Assembly: GCA_951406725.2 (NCBI GenBank)
Contig: OX597827.1
Span: 30,690,001 to 30,754,000, forward strand
Source: Octopus vulgaris
Taxonomy: Eukaryota
DNA: 64,000 bases
Direction of reading: 5' to 3'
Shown one piece after another: positions 37,929 through 52,434 of the stretch (position 1 is its first letter; each line of letters opens with the position of its first letter). The notes under the pieces are model-generated. The model was not told the DNA's origin, made no database searches, and was given only the letters and a program-made list of their open reading frames with translations. Position numbers and translations under genes: made by a program.

Positions 37929-40238
37929 TATATACACATATATTTATATATACAATGGACTTCTTTCAGTTTCTGTCTATTAAATACACTGACAAGGCTG
38001 GAAGACACTTGCCCAAGGTATCGTCATGCAATGGGACTGAACCTGGAACCATGTGGTTGGGAAGTAAACTTCTTACCATAAAATAAAATACAAATAACAC
38101 TTTATTTCTGTTTAAAAGTGTGCCTAAAAAATATAACGAAATAAATAAAATAAAATAAAGACAAATAAAAAACATAGACTGCTTGGAATGGACAAAATTA
38201 GGAAGACGACAGTCTTCCATAAAAATTTAAATATTTGGTTTTGAGAAATTATCTCCCTTTGATCAAAAAAGAAAAAAAACAAAATCAAATTTGATAAAAC
38301 AACAAAAAAGGATTTCTCAAGTTTAAATGACAGAAAGATGCTCAAACAACATTGCTATAGTAATTTGGAAGTATACGAAAAAACCATCAGTGATAGCGTG
38401 TGTGTGTGTGTCTGCGTATGCATGCGCGCGTGTGTGTACGTGTGTAAGTGTGAACTAAAGCAACAGCAAGTTATTGATCTCATCATGAAAGTTTCCAGGA
38501 AGAATCCACCGAGGCAAGGAGTCAATGCAGTAGAAATATTTCCTCTCTCAGCTTTCTTCTCTGTTGCCGTAGGAACAACCCAATTTGATTTCAGCAGTGA
38601 GTGACGGTGATGGCAGAGCTGGGCTGGGCTGGCTGGCTGGCTGGATGGATGGGTTGGTATTGCTGAGAGAGTAAAAGAGGGAGGCAATAAATACACTCCC
38701 GCCACCACCATCATCATCATCATCACTATTATTATCACGATCATAATCAAGGACTTTTACAAAGTGATAATCTTGTCAATGACCCACTTTGGAATGGAAA
38801 AAAGAATGGAGAGAAGAAAGAAGGGAGACACAAAAGATGAAGAAGCATGAGAAGTTTCCATATTTAGCAGTGTCCATGTGTGAAACAATAAACCGAACCA
38901 ACTTGTCAAAATCAGAGAGCAAGGCCTCAGCTAGTTTAATTCAATAGCTGAGTAATAATAATACTTAGAATTTAATTTCACATATTTAAAAAGGAAAATG
39001 AAAATTAAAAATTATATTTTCATATTAATTTATTCTTATTATTTTTTTAAAATTGAAATTAATTGGACTTTAATAAATAGAAAACAAATGTCTTACAATG
39101 CACACAAAATATGCAGTTGTAGTAATTATTGAGTTAATGCTAACATCAAGTGGATATTAAAAGTAATTAACAATTTTTTTTTTTTAAATTGAAAGAAAAA
39201 TAAATTAGATAAAACAAAACAAAAATGCAACAGTTTTGAAAAGAGAATTTAGAATTTTTTTCCCTTCTAACTAGATGGCTGTAAAAATCTAAATACATAT
39301 CAACAAAATGACTCGAGGGTATAACGTTTTTCAATATTTTTCCGACAGAATTTTCAGTACAACATAGAAAGTTTAAATATGTAATTTTTTTTATAGTTTT
39401 TTTTTTGCTTTTGTGTTTGATAGAACAGGAAAAAACAAACAAACAAATAAAACAACCTGACAAAAAAATCAACGGCTTTTAAATGTATTTTCCCTGCCCA
39501 CTTTGTATGGATGATGTTGCTATTGGTGATCATGGTGTTGATTAGCTTCAGGTTGGACTGATGAAGAATATATTGGATTGAAGACATTCCACTTGTGACC
39601 ACCACCATCATTTTTGCAGCTACACTGTATCTAAGACAACATTATCCATTTATCCCCCCTCCTCAGACTCATCATAATCATATTTTTTTCTTCTTCTTCT
39701 TGTCTGCTTTTCCTGCTTGCATGGGTCAGATGGTATTTGATGAGGTAGATTTCTTTTTAATGGTCAGATGCCCTTACTGTAGCAAACCTTCCAAACAAGG
39801 TAATATTGCCCCATAGCTAAAATATGTTTTCTTAAAAACTGGAAATGATGGCACCGCTTATATGACAGTGACACTCATTTACAACTCACATAATATCAAG
39901 ATAAGGAGACATGCGCGCACACACACACAACACAAATTTCATTTGGTTCCTGTCTACCAAATCCACTCATGAAGCTTTAGTTGGCCTGCAGTGGGCTGAA
40001 AGTCAGAACCATATGGTTGGGAAGTGTATTATTACTATTATCATTAAGGCGATGAACTGACAGAGTCGTTAGTGCACTGAGTGAAATGTTTAATGGTATT
40101 TCGTCTGCCGCTACATTCTAAGTTCAAATTCAGCTCGAGTTAACTTTACCTTACATCCTTTTGAAACACTGGGGTTGATGTAATCGACTAGTCCCCTCCT
40201 TCAAAATTTCAGGCCTTGTGCCTATAGTAGAAAGGATT

Positions 40239-40598
40239 ATTACCTCTGCCTTAGCGAAAGTGGAGGTATTGTTTTCAGTTGTGTTTGTTTGTTTGTTTGT
40301 CCATGGACAAGAACTCTCAAGACCTGCTGGATGGATTTGGATGAAACTTTCAGGGATGTTTGGCTTCATGACTGGCACAAACTGATCAGATTTTGGGATC
40401 AATCCAAGGATTCTGGATTATTTTTCCTATTGTTTTACTTAATTTTTTTAGAGTGGTCGGTTTCATTTTTAGTATTCTCATTAGTGAGAGCATTGAGTTC
40501 ATTTCAGATAATCTCATTATAAAAATCATCTCCAGCTAATCGTTGAAAGGATGTTGGTGTTGCCATGGTGGAGGTTTGCGCTCTCTGAGTGCTCTTGT
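40239..40598 (+). mobile_element. Helentron-associated non-autonomous element (HINE/DINE-like)
   Basis: 5' subTIR ACCTCTGCC with a nearby inverted copy (AGTGGAGGT), a (GTTT)n microsatellite, 3' subTIR GGTGGAGGT, then the hairpin GCGCTC-TCT-GAGTGC and a CTTGT end. This is DINE-1/HINE architecture. Confidence 0.7.
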
Positions 40599-41307
40599 CC
40601 CATTATTATTTGTTAGCATGCTGGACAAAATGCTTAGTAGCATTTCATTAGTCTTTGCGTTCTGAGTTCAGACTCTACTCAACTAAAATGAGCATTAGTT
40701 GAGCACTGGGGGTGGTGATTTAATCAACTTTCCTGTGCTTCAAAATTGCTGACCTTGTGCCAAAATAAAAAAGGGTTATTATTTTTGAGGAAAATTTGAC
40801 TGTTATGTCTAGCAGATAATGTGGCTGTGTAGAGACTCTTGTAATGGCTCATTTGATGCCCCTCACAATTTCCAACTTTACAACCTTCTCCCTAATATTA
40901 CTCTGTCAGCTACATTATAAGATGGGGACTTACTTACAAGTAGAAAAACTGAGGCAAATATTGTATTCTGTTTTATCATAAACAAATCTAATGTTTCCAA
41001 TAAAATGGCTTTGCTAAAAGGTACTATTGCATTAGAGCTGTGTTAATGTTTAAGGCCCACATCAGCCTTCATCCAATCAGATCTCAACCATAAACTCTCA
41101 CCATTTTTCTCCAGTATTATCCGATGTATCCTTCCTTTTTAAGATAAGAGCATGTAACTTGAGAAAGACTTGACTGTTATTTCTAATAGGTTGAGAGTAT
41201 ATGTAGGAGCACCTTTGGCTAGTCTGACAACAGTGATAAAGAGTCAAGGGTTGAAGGGAAGCTTGAGAGCTGTGGTTCTCAACTGGGGTCCATATGATCC
41301 CTGGTGG

Positions 41308-41349
<42 letters not shown>

Positions 41350-42946
41350 ACACATACATGTTCAGGCTAAATTTGATTATTCTTTTTCTGCCTCCTTTTT
41401 CAGCTTGATGCATTGGTGAACAATCCATGACATTGGAGAGCATAAAGATTAAATTTGCAGTTGAGAAAAAGTTAGCTGACATGAAGGGTTGGAAACCGTC
41501 TAAATATTGGGAAAAAGTTACCTGTATCATGATGATTTGCAGGTATCAAAATGCTGGTATCATGATTGCTGCTCAATGCTCTGAGAACAATGTAAAGGTT
41601 CTAAGATGTGGAATGGACATCATGGAAACCAAGTTCCATAAAACTGTCGTTGTCTTTGGATGTCTCCCGTGAGAATGATGTCATGACCCCCCCCCCATCT
41701 TTACGCAAGGCCTTAGGCTACAGCTGTGTCCTTCAGCCTACTTGAGTGTTAATTAAAACAAAATGTAGCCTGATTAATTTTCCTTATTCTCTAGATGTGT
41801 CTAATAATCACGAAAACTCTTAAACTCACTTTGTTTCCTCCTACCCCCAACTGACTTCAATAAATGGAAAAGAAAGAAAAAAATGGGGAGTGACAAATAT
41901 GCTTCTTTTATTCCAAAAATCTCAAGCAGTTCACAAACATGATTAACATGCTTAATACTTCACATATATTTCAGTTTAGTTATGGAAAATCAATAGACTT
42001 GCTCGCTTTCTTTTAGTGGCCTTTTTTGTAAAAATACAGTGGGAGATATATTGACATTGTTATTATTATTCAGCAATACATGGTACATATTCATTTACTT
42101 AAAATTGTTGGTTTCTATGTCAATTGTAAGAATGAGAATGCTCACAATATGTTAAACGAATGTAGTAACTACGCGGTGGTGGTGGTGGTGGGGCACTATA
42201 CATTACAGATGCTGACTCAGCTATAATTCTTTATATTTTGTTCAAGTGGTTTCAGTCGTTGGATTCAAAGCCATGCTGGAGCACACTACTCATCCATGGT
42301 GTGCCTGATTGGCTGACTCCAATATTTTATGGTTTAGCATTTATTTTTGTGACCTTGGAAGGATGGACAACAAAATGGACTTGGGTGGTATTTGAACTGG
42401 GAATGTAAGGGATGCAGCAAAATGTTTTGGGCTTGGTCTTAATGTGTGGTTTCTTAGGCAAGTGTCTTCTGCTATAGCTCCAGGGCCCAGGCCGAGCGAA
42501 ACTTTTTGAATGAATTTGGTAGACAGAACCTAAAAGAAACCTCTCATGTGTGTGTGTATGTGTGTGTGAGAATATGTGTGTGCAGGTATGTGTGTGTAGC
42601 ATGTGTGTGAGTGTGTGTGTGTAAGCACGTGTGCATGTGTGAGTGAGCATGTGTGCATGTGTGTGCGCATGCGTATATGCACATGTTTGTGTTTCCTTGA
42701 CTTGACATCACAGAATAGTTGTAAATGAGCATCACCACCATACAAGTGGTGTTGTTTGTTACCAATCTTCAGTGCTAACATGTCTAGTGATGGGGAAATG
42801 TTATCTTGCTCAAAGACAGAAAATCTGCTGCAATGAAATCCATCTGACCCAAGGAAGAATAGAAAAGTGGACATAAAAATGATGATGACACCATCACTAA
42901 AAAATATCTAGCTTAAGTTATATTTTGCTAGATGCTTCTAATAAAC

Positions 42947-43002
<56 letters not shown>

Positions 43003-43216
43003 CCTTTCTACTATGGGCACAAGGCCTGAAATTTAGGAGGAGGGGACTAGTCAATTACATTGACCTCAGTGTTTCACTGGTACTTCATTTATCGACCCTG
43101 AAAGGATGAAAGGCAAAGTTGACCTTGGTGGAATTTGAACTCACAATGTAACAATGGGTGAAATACTGCTAAGCATTTCATCCAGTGTGCTAACGATTCT
43201 GCCAGGTCACCACCTT

Positions 43217-43257
<41 letters not shown>

Positions 43258-43259
<2 letters not shown>

Positions 43260-43784
43260 GCCCTGATGCAGTACCAGGCAGTGGCTCTCATGGCTTCTGA
43301 TCTTAACTGATTGGAAGCGTTATCATGTACATTGTTTTGTCTTGGTATAAAAGATGGGCTACAGCAAATATTCTGCTCAATACCACAGATTTGCTTGTCA
43401 GTTGTTTGACCTTAACCAGTTGAGCATGTCCCTTAGTGGCTGACGATATGTGCATCTCTGATCACGAGCAGAAGTAGTGGGGGAGCATCATAGCCATGTG
43501 TTGAGAAGGATTCTTTGGGGTTTGAATAATTCACCTCTAAAAAACATGGGTGTTTCGTTCAACGTCCTTAAACAACCCTTATTCAGGGACCTTTTGAGCG
43601 GGATAGGTTACTCGATCTGAAGAAAATTCTAACTGGGCTCCACCTGCAAGGTCATGTGCTGTTTATCTTGATATGAGATCACCATGTCGCGCACATATGG
43701 TTGTGATGCATGTGCCTGGTGTACCCTGGGCTTCGTATATTTTACCCCAGTGTCACTTTGATGGCATGCTCTGCTCGCTCACTC
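43258..43784 (+). mobile_element. TAA-embedded retroelement 3' UTR (probably Dong/R4 group)
   Basis: Flanked on both sides by long (TAA)n. A 5'-truncated copy with the same 3' end lies at 46761-46961, also between TAA runs. The clade is inferred from the target only. Confidence 0.55.
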
Positions 43785-43825
43785 AATAATAATAATAATA
43801 ATAATAAAATAATAATAATAAATAA

Positions 43826-43859
<34 letters not shown>

Positions 43860-44241
43860 GGTTTCAAATAAATCGGTGAGCTGGTAGAAACGGTAGCACG
43901 CTGGGTGAAATGCTTAGCGGTATTTCGTCTGTCTTTATGTTCTGAGTTCAAATTCCACCAAGGTCAACTTTGCCTTCATCCTTTCACACTCAATAAAGCA
44001 AGTACCAGTTGTGTACTGAGGTCGATCTAATCAACAGGACCTCACCCCCAAAATTTCAGGCTATGTCCCTAGAGTAGAAAAGAATAATGGTTTCAAATTT
44101 TTCCACAAGGGGCAGCCATTTTGAGGAAGGTAATGTGTTGAGAAAATCGGCCCCCAGTGTTACACTGGTACTTAATTTATTGATCTCGAAAGGATAATAA
44201 TAATAATAATAATAATGATAATAATGATAGTGATAATAATA

Positions 44242-44279
<38 letters not shown>

Positions 44280-45742
44280 AATGATAATAATAATGCTAAG
44301 CATTTTGTCCAGTATGCTAATGATTCTGTCAGCTCACCACTTTAATGATGACAATGACAATGACGATGATGACGACGATGACAATAATAATTCTTTCTAC
44401 CAAAGGCACAAGACCTGAAATTTTGGAGGAGGGGGCTAGTAGATTTCACAAAGCCCACTGCTTATCTGGTACCTATTTTATCAATCCTGAAAAGATGAAG
44501 GGCAAAGTTGACCCAGGCAGCATTTAAAATCAGAATATAAAGTTAGAAGAAATGCTGCTAAGCATTTTGTCCAGTGCCGTAACAATTCTGCCAGTTTACC
44601 TCCATAAATAATAATAATCAGTAACCTAGCAACGATGGGATTGCACCCAGAAAGTTACCCTCTGAGGCACAAGTCCAAGCAAGGTTGCTTATGGAAAACT
44701 AGCAGTCGCCCATGCATACCAGCCCCCACCTCCTCATGCCACCGATATTATCCAAGGGAATGGCAAAGGGGCCAATACAGCTTGGCACCAGTGACGTCGC
44801 AACTCATTTCTACAGCTGAGTGAACTGGAGTAATGTGAAATAAAGTGTCTTGCTCAAGAACACAACACGCAGCCCAGTCCAGGAATTAAACTCACTACTT
44901 CATGATTGTGAGCCTGACATTCTAACAACTGAACCATGCACCTTCACCAGTAACTTAGTAATGCTATATCATAGATCTTATGAAACAATATATAATTCTT
45001 TAATCCATTTATCACAAATATCAGGTGATTGCTAATTTAATTGGCTCCAGTATTTTTGCACCTGATTCCTATTTTGCAACCCCTCCCCAGAAAGGTGAAT
45101 AACAAAGTTGACCTTGATGTGATTTGAACTCAAGACATAAAAGCAAAATAATGGTTAAATCTTAGATGAATATGAATGTGTAATTGATCCTGGAGACTGT
45201 GAAGAATATTTTTTTTCTTTGCGTTTCTTTGATATTTCTTTCTTCTTCGTTTTGTTTTGTTTCGTGGAAAAATGGAGCACAAATAAATGTTTATTCCAAA
45301 ATTCATTGCAGTGAAAACACCATAAAAGTCATGTGTTAAATTAGATTTTTAAGATCAGAAATTCAAAAATATCGATCGGCATCTCAAAATATTGATTCAT
45401 TTGGATATTTTCAAGGTATTTCAGATATGGCAAAAAACAACAGCTAAAAAATTGAAAAAAAAACAACCAATATTTTCAATATAAATATTTTTTCTTGTTT
45501 TTCTAACATCTGCAACATCTTCACTATTTACTGGGTTTATATTTAATAATTCTTTTTCACAGCTGTCCCTGTCACTCACCCCACTCCACACACATTATTT
45601 ATTTCAGAGGTGAAGCAAAGGTATTAGGAAGGGTATTAAACCAAAAATAAATTTCTTCAACAATTCATATGAGAATGTCAACATTTGAATAACAATTTGA
45701 CCAATGAGGAAAAGTGGCTGTCAGAAAGAAATAAACAAACAT

Positions 45743-46347
45743 AGGCATAGGTGTGCCTATGAGGTAAGCAGGTTGCTCTCTAACCACATGGTTCCAAGTT
45801 CAGTTCCATTGTGTGGCACCTTGGGCAAATGTCTTTTACTATAGCACCAAGTTGACCAAAGCCTTGTGAGTGGATTAGGTACATGAAAACTGAAAGAAGC
45901 CCATCAAATATATATATATATACACACACACAGACACACACATATATATATTATACAGATATGCACGCACACACACACACACACATTTCTGTTTCCTTCA
46001 TCAAATAATATTATGCGTATATATATATATATATATATATATATGTAAGTATATATATATAAATGTCTGTGTAAATATATATGTATGTATGTGTGTCTGT
46101 GTGTGTGTAAGCGTTTATGCCTTTGTGTTTGTTCCCTACTACTGCTTGACAACTGGTGTTGGTTTGTTTATGTTCCTATAACTAATCGGTTTAGTATAAA
46201 AAAGACCAATAAAATAATACAGGGCTTAAAAACAAAAACAAAAAAAAACAAGTACTGGAAGCAATTTGCTTGACCAAAACCCTTCAAAATGGTGCTCCAG
46301 CAGGGCCACAATCCAATGCCTGAGATAAGTTAAAGGTAAAGGTAAAA
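45743..46347 (+). mobile_element. SINE family A, diverged copy with expanded internal microsatellite
   Basis: Head and tail are recognisable by similarity to the other copies. Confidence 0.7.
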
Positions 46348-46699
46348 TGACTAGTGCCATCCATCAAACCGCCACCGCACCACCCCAAGACTCCCCAAAG
46401 TAAGAGAAAGACTCCAGCTGGTCTATTCATTCAAGTGACAGCCCATTGGCTAATAATTCATCTTACACTATGTGTAACTGTCACTGTATTGCTGCCACAG
46501 GCCAGACATTTAGCTCTTATGTCCAGCTAGTCTCACCAAGCTGTTATTAGAGATACTACTGAGGTGTCTTGCCTGTACACATATCAGACCTTGCTGTTAC
46601 TTTGTGTTACTTTGCGGAGCTGAGTTTTAATTCTCCCATGAATGAGGTTTGGAGAGATATGAGCTTCATATGCAATGGCACAATAACATTCTCAAGTTG

Positions 46700-46742
<43 letters not shown>

Positions 46743-46975
46743 TAAAATAATCATACTTGGCCTGAAGAAAATTCTAACTGGACCCCACCTGCAAGGTTAT
46801 GTGCTGTTTATCTTGATATCAGATCACCATGTTGCACACGTATGGTCGTGATGCATGTACCTGGCGTACCTTTATCAGATGGCTAATCATAATGGGTACA
46901 CTGGACTTTGTATATTTGTACCCCAGTGTCACTTTGAGGGTATGTGTGGCTCTCTCATTCATTTAATAATAAATA

Positions 46976-47029
<54 letters not shown>

Positions 47030-47223
47030 GGTTTCAAATTTTGCCACAAGGGCAGTAATTTTGGAGGAGGGGATAAGTCGATTCACTGATACTTAATTTA
47101 TCGACCCCGAAAGGATGAAAAGCAAAGTCAACCCAGTGGAATTTGAACTTAGAATGTTGCAGCAGATGAACTACTGCTAAGCATTTTGCCCAGCATGCTA
47201 ATGTTTCTGCCAGCTCACTGCCT

Positions 47224-47254
<31 letters not shown>

Positions 47255-47810
47255 AAAACAAATAATAATTCTTTCTACTGTAGACATATGGCATGAAGTT
47301 TGAGGGAATGGGTTGGCCATTACATTGACCCCCAGTGTTTCACTGGTACTTTGATTTATCGACCCTGAAAGGATGAAAAGCAATGACAACCATGGCAGAA
47401 TTTGAACTTAGAGCATAAAGCCAGAAGAAATACAGCTAAACATTTTGTCCTGTGTGCTAACGATTCTGCCAGCATGCCACCTTTATTGTCTATAGTGCTG
47501 AAGAGCACTACAACTCATGTGAAAAGGGTAAAAGTGGGGCAGAAAAGCAGCAACGAGTCAACTGAGGGAAGACTGTGAAGGTAGCCAAAAGTGCACACAC
47601 AGTATGCAGGAAAAAACACAAAAAGACAGAAAAACGAACAGTAAAAGAGCCATAAAGAGGAAGAAAGAGTATATAAGCATGTGGGAAACAGTGTTGGCAA
47701 ATTTCAGAAATTGTGGAATTTTTTAAGGATGCACTCTTTGTTATGGTATTGGATCCAGCAAACACATGATGAAGGTTGCATCAAGGCTGTGACAATTCTG
47801 TCTTTTATTT

Positions 47811-48054
47811 CTTTATTGCCCACAAGGGGCTAAACACAGAGGGGACAAACAAGGACAGACAAAAGGATTAAGTTGATTACATCGACCCCAGTGCGTAACT
47901 GGTACTTAATTTATTGACCCTGAAAGGATGAAAGGCAAAGTCGACCTCGGAGGAATTTGAACTCAGAATGTAGTGGCAGATGAAATACCGTTGAGCATTT
48001 CGCCTGGCGTGCTAACGTTTCTGCCAGCTCCTCGCCGCCCTAAATAGTAAAAGG
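47811..48054 (-). mobile_element. SINE family B copy with an 18-bp TSD
   Basis: caattctgtcttttattt is duplicated at 47793-47810 and 48055-48072; head and body are well preserved. Confidence 0.85.
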
Positions 48055-48179
48055 CAATTCTGTCTTTTATTTACACTTAGTATATTTATGACTATCTTAT
48101 CCAGTGTTGCCATAAATTTGTTTTTAAAACACATTAACAGCCATGACCTGTTAATGGAAGTTATTGGTGATTGCTCTTC

Positions 48180-48439
48180 CTTCTGTAGAAGATAAAATTC
48201 AAATCGGACCATGTTAAGACGAAAAATGATTTACATCAAAAAGATGCTTTTTTTCTATGAAAATCCCTATTTTTTACGATTTTTTGGCTGCTGTGTCACC
48301 ATTTTTTTGGTGTATTTCAACCAGAAAAATGTTCACTGAAAGAGAATAACAAACTACATAATGCAAAATTTATACTTTTCAAAAATTCCAATTCTAAAGG
48401 GTAGAAACAAAACCGAGCAACACCGGGCGATACTGCTAG
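48180..48439 (+). mobile_element. Helitron 3' terminal fragment
   Basis: Ends CCGAGCAACACCGGGCGATACTGCTAG|T, the same terminus as 16136-16652 but with a different interior. The 5' boundary is approximate. Confidence 0.65.
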
Positions 48440-49446
48440 TATATGTATATATCTATGTATGTGTGTATGCGTTTGTCCCCAACTCCACTGCTTGACAACT
48501 GCTGTTAGTGTGTTTATGTCCCCATAACTTGGCGGTTCAGCAAAAAAAAAAGCACTGGGGTCGATACATTTGACTATAAATTCTTCAAGGCAATGCCCCA
48601 GCATGGCCGCAGTCTGATGACTGAAATACATAAAAGGTAAAATGGTAAAAGGTTACGGAAATGTAGCATTGGTAGTGTATGTGGCAGTTGTGTAGTGTTT
48701 GCAGTGAACCACAGATGGTACCAATGTAGCAGTTAACATGTTGAAATGCCAGGTGCAAGGTGTGATGGGAGGGGTGGAGATTTGATTTGGCCAGACATTA
48801 TTATAGAAGTTTGGCTGGCCACAATAAAGAGTTAATCTCTAAGACCTTATAGAAAAAAAATCATAGACACTGCTTTTTTCTCATCGGACCAAACGATGGA
48901 GGAGAGAGAGAGAGTAATTGAGAGAGGGGGAGGGGAAGGGTGGGAGAGACTCACTCACTGGGGTCTGAAATCTCCAAGTCGAACCCTCCAACCTGACCCA
49001 AGGCATAAGAGGAACATCTAACATTAGTGATTAGAGAGCCAACAACCACTAAAATAACAACAGCAATAACAACTGAGTATGTCCTTGATTAAGAATGGAT
49101 ATCAACGAAGGAATAAATATTTATTCTAAGAAGCAGATTGCCATTTTCTTTTCTTTTCTATTCTTTTCTTCTTGCTTCCCTTCTTCTCTTCTCTCCATAT
49201 CACAACTTATTGACAGCTATTGCCAAATTAATATTAGCAGAAAAGTATATTATGTTAGATGTGGAATTGTGTCTTAAAGTAAAATAAGAGAAATAGGAGA
49301 AGGCAGACACAAAAGGGTGATTTTTGCTTAGAGGTAATGTATCTACTTATCAAAACAATTTTGGCATCAGAGCCATTTTATTTTATAAATTTATCACTTC
49401 TACCTTGCCTGAGAAAAAACAACAAAAAACCCAAAATATTGTTGCA

Positions 49447-49492
<46 letters not shown>

Positions 49493-50571
49493 GAGACAAC
49501 CAGTTTTTTCGTTGTTGTTGATGATTTTTTTGAGTAAATGTTGGTGTGGGATGAGAATATTATAGCATTTTTGGATTCCATCTCGTTAATCAATATCAAA
49601 CAGATTAACTATAATGAAACCTTCAGCTACAAATGCCATTAAAATTTCTTAGCAAATTATTGTTTCAGTTATTTTTTTTTGTTTTTTGTTTTTAATTTTT
49701 TTCTTTGGTGGTGGGTAAGAGGAGAGGAAAATGTGCGAGTGTATATACGGTGTGTGTGTTTGTTGTGTGGTGTGTGTGTTTTAACTCAGAGCAACATACT
49801 TATCTATGCAGAATATGTTGGAAACGTTAATTAAGGCTTTTACAGCTCTAGGATAAGGATTGTTACTTTGTTATTCCAGTATTTCATGTGTCGTTGTTGT
49901 TGTTTTTGGTTTTTTCTCTCATCTTTCACAAACATGCATCTGTATATGTATATCTACATGTCTATGTGTGTGTGTGTGTGTGTGTGTGTATTTGTGTGTG
50001 TGTGAGTGTTTAGGTGTGTGTATGTATATATGTATATCTACATATGTGAAAATGAATGTCAATGTGTGTGCATGTGTTAAGGTTTGTGTATGTGTATGTG
50101 TTTGTATCTCAGTGTTTATGTCTTGGTGTGTGTGTGTGTGTGTGTGCGCACTTTTACATGTGTGCATGTGTCACTGTGTCAAAAAAAAATTAAGGAACAG
50201 AGAAAGAGGGAGAGAGAGGGAGTGGTGGTGGTGAAATTTTTTGTTTTTATTTTGTTATCTTTCACAAATGTGCATGTGTGCATTTATGTGTGTGTGTGTG
50301 TGTGTGTGCGCGTGTCTACATGTATGTGTGTATGCGTCTCTGTCTATCTGCATATGAGTCTAGATGTCTGAATGTGCATGTGTGCCAAGAATTAAGGAAA
50401 GGAGAGAGAGGGAGAGAGGGAGGGAGCAGAGACCAAGAGAGAGAAAGAGAGAAAGAGAGTGTCAATGAGTTAGGAGTGAGAAAATAAAAGGAAAAAGCAA
50501 CAAAAAAAAACCCATTAAGCAAAAGAAAATGTAAACCCTTCTCCCCAAAAAAACAAGAAGGAGAACAGAAA

Positions 50572-50610
<39 letters not shown>

Positions 50611-51214
50611 AGGTGGTGGTGGTGGTGGTGAACCAGAGAGTGGATGTAATCATAAAGTAAATATTCCTTCCATGAACTACTGTGACAAGACAAGATATAA
50701 CAATAGAAAGACAGGAATCTATCAATTTAAGTGTGTAGAACAAAGACCTGGAGAACCTCCAGATGGTGCTAAAAGTGGGCCTTCCAGAGAAGAGTGAGAG
50801 TGGGAGGAACAAAGAGGAGGAGGAGGAAGAGTTGGCATGGTGGTGGTTGGTTGGGATGACAATAGTCAGGCTACAGGTGGTTGTAGAGATATTGAATGTC
50901 TCATGTGGAGAGACCAGGGGAAGTTTGAGAAAATAGGTCAGTTCCCAGGCAGCAAAATGCTGGATTTATTCCAGACTAGAGAAGCCGGCATTGTTTGACC
51001 TGTTCAACTGCATAAATATATAAAAAGATTCAAACTAGGTGCAGGGCTAGAAACTGGTATTTGTTTGGAATTAGATTCCAGATGCCTCACTCCACAGTGT
51101 GTATGTGGTCAGGTTATCAAACAATGTAAGAAACTTAGTGTGGTCATTAGCTTTTACAACTGATCGTGAGCCCAGATTTTATCTGTTATTTCTTATAGCA
51201 TACATAATAGATTA

Positions 51215-51700
51215 TCCCTATCATTACGGTATTTATTTCGAGATGCTTTGTATTTCTTTCAATTAATTTTAAATATAACAAAGAATTTAGTAAAATAACT
51301 TAGTTGTGTCTGAGGAGAGTCATTTTCTTTTTGTGCCTTATAATGTAACACACTCACCGGTAAAATTTCCACTTATTTCTTATTTTTATTTTCCTAAAAT
51401 TTTCATTGTATCTTGAAACCTTTTCAATAGTCTATAGAAATTTTACCAGTGAGTGTGTTACATTATAAGGCACAAAAAGAAAATGACTCTCCTCAGACAA
51501 AACAGGATATGCTTCAACACACGAACTCATATAAAGAATCTTGCAAACCAAATCCAAAAACGAAACTTAGTTATCATTAAGCTAGTGTTAGGAACATAAA
51601 TTGTGACTAAGGTTTGGTGGAAGATTCTAATTCAGGACTTTGGAAAACAAGACATTTGTACTACAAAACCAGAGTTTCAGCCGGGTTGGTATTGAAAGGG
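51215..51700. mobile_element. piggyBac-type MITE fragment, interrupted by the 51306-51563 insertion
   Basis: Ends GAAAGGG|TTAA (TTAA at 51701-51704); the left end was not identified. Confidence 0.4.
51306..51563. mobile_element. 258-bp fold-back insertion with a 9-bp TSD (Penelope-like)
   Basis: TSD aacttagtt at 51297-51305 and 51564-51572; 63-bp arms 51307-51369 / 51437-51499 with one mismatch; one-sided tail homologous to 5275-5326. Confidence 0.75.
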
Positions 51701-51945
51701 TTAAAAGCCTTGTAGTACTTAACTTCAATCTTATGTCTGAGATTAAAACCTACCCCAAGGTTAATTTCATTCTTTGCTGCCTCAGGATAGATAGTACCAG
51801 ACATATACTTAGATCAATTCAATCAGCTGAGACCACTCCTTTCATATTTTGAAGTGTAGAATCTATTAACTCCACAAATTATTAGGAATCAAAATCTTAA
51901 ATCTATTTTTTTCCCAAATAATTATCAGTTGGAATTTTTCAAGGA

Positions 51946-51977
<32 letters not shown>

Positions 51978-51982
<5 letters not shown>

Positions 51983-52219
51983 TTTTATTTGTTTCAGTCA
52001 TTTGACAGCAGCCATGCACCACTTTAATCGAACAAATCAACCACAAGACTTATTCTTAGGAAGCCTAGTACTTTTATCAGTCTCTTTTACCAAGCCACTA
52101 AGTTATGGGGACATAAACACACCAGCATCGGTTGTCAATTGATGGTGGTGGTGGTGGGCAAATACAGACACACAAATATATACATACACACACACATATA
52201 TGTATATATATATATATAT

Positions 52220-52266
<47 letters not shown>

Positions 52267-52434
52267 CATACAACTGGCTTCTTTCAGTTTCCGTCTGCCA
52301 AATCCACTCACAAAGCTTTGGTCAGCTTGAGGCTGTAGTAGAAAACACTTGCCCAAGGTACCATGCAGTGGAACTGAACCTGGAACCATGTGGTTGGAAA
52401 GCAAGCTTCTTACCACACAGCCACTCCTGTGCCT
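51978..52434 (-). mobile_element. SINE family A copy
   Basis: Full head-to-tail similarity; head-to-head with a diverged + strand copy at about 52465-52839. Confidence 0.85.

Noticed and set aside
38355-38750. 131-aa minus-strand ORF upstream of the 69-nt exon
   Set aside because: Begins and ends in microsatellites; no recognisable domain or compatible splice donor found.
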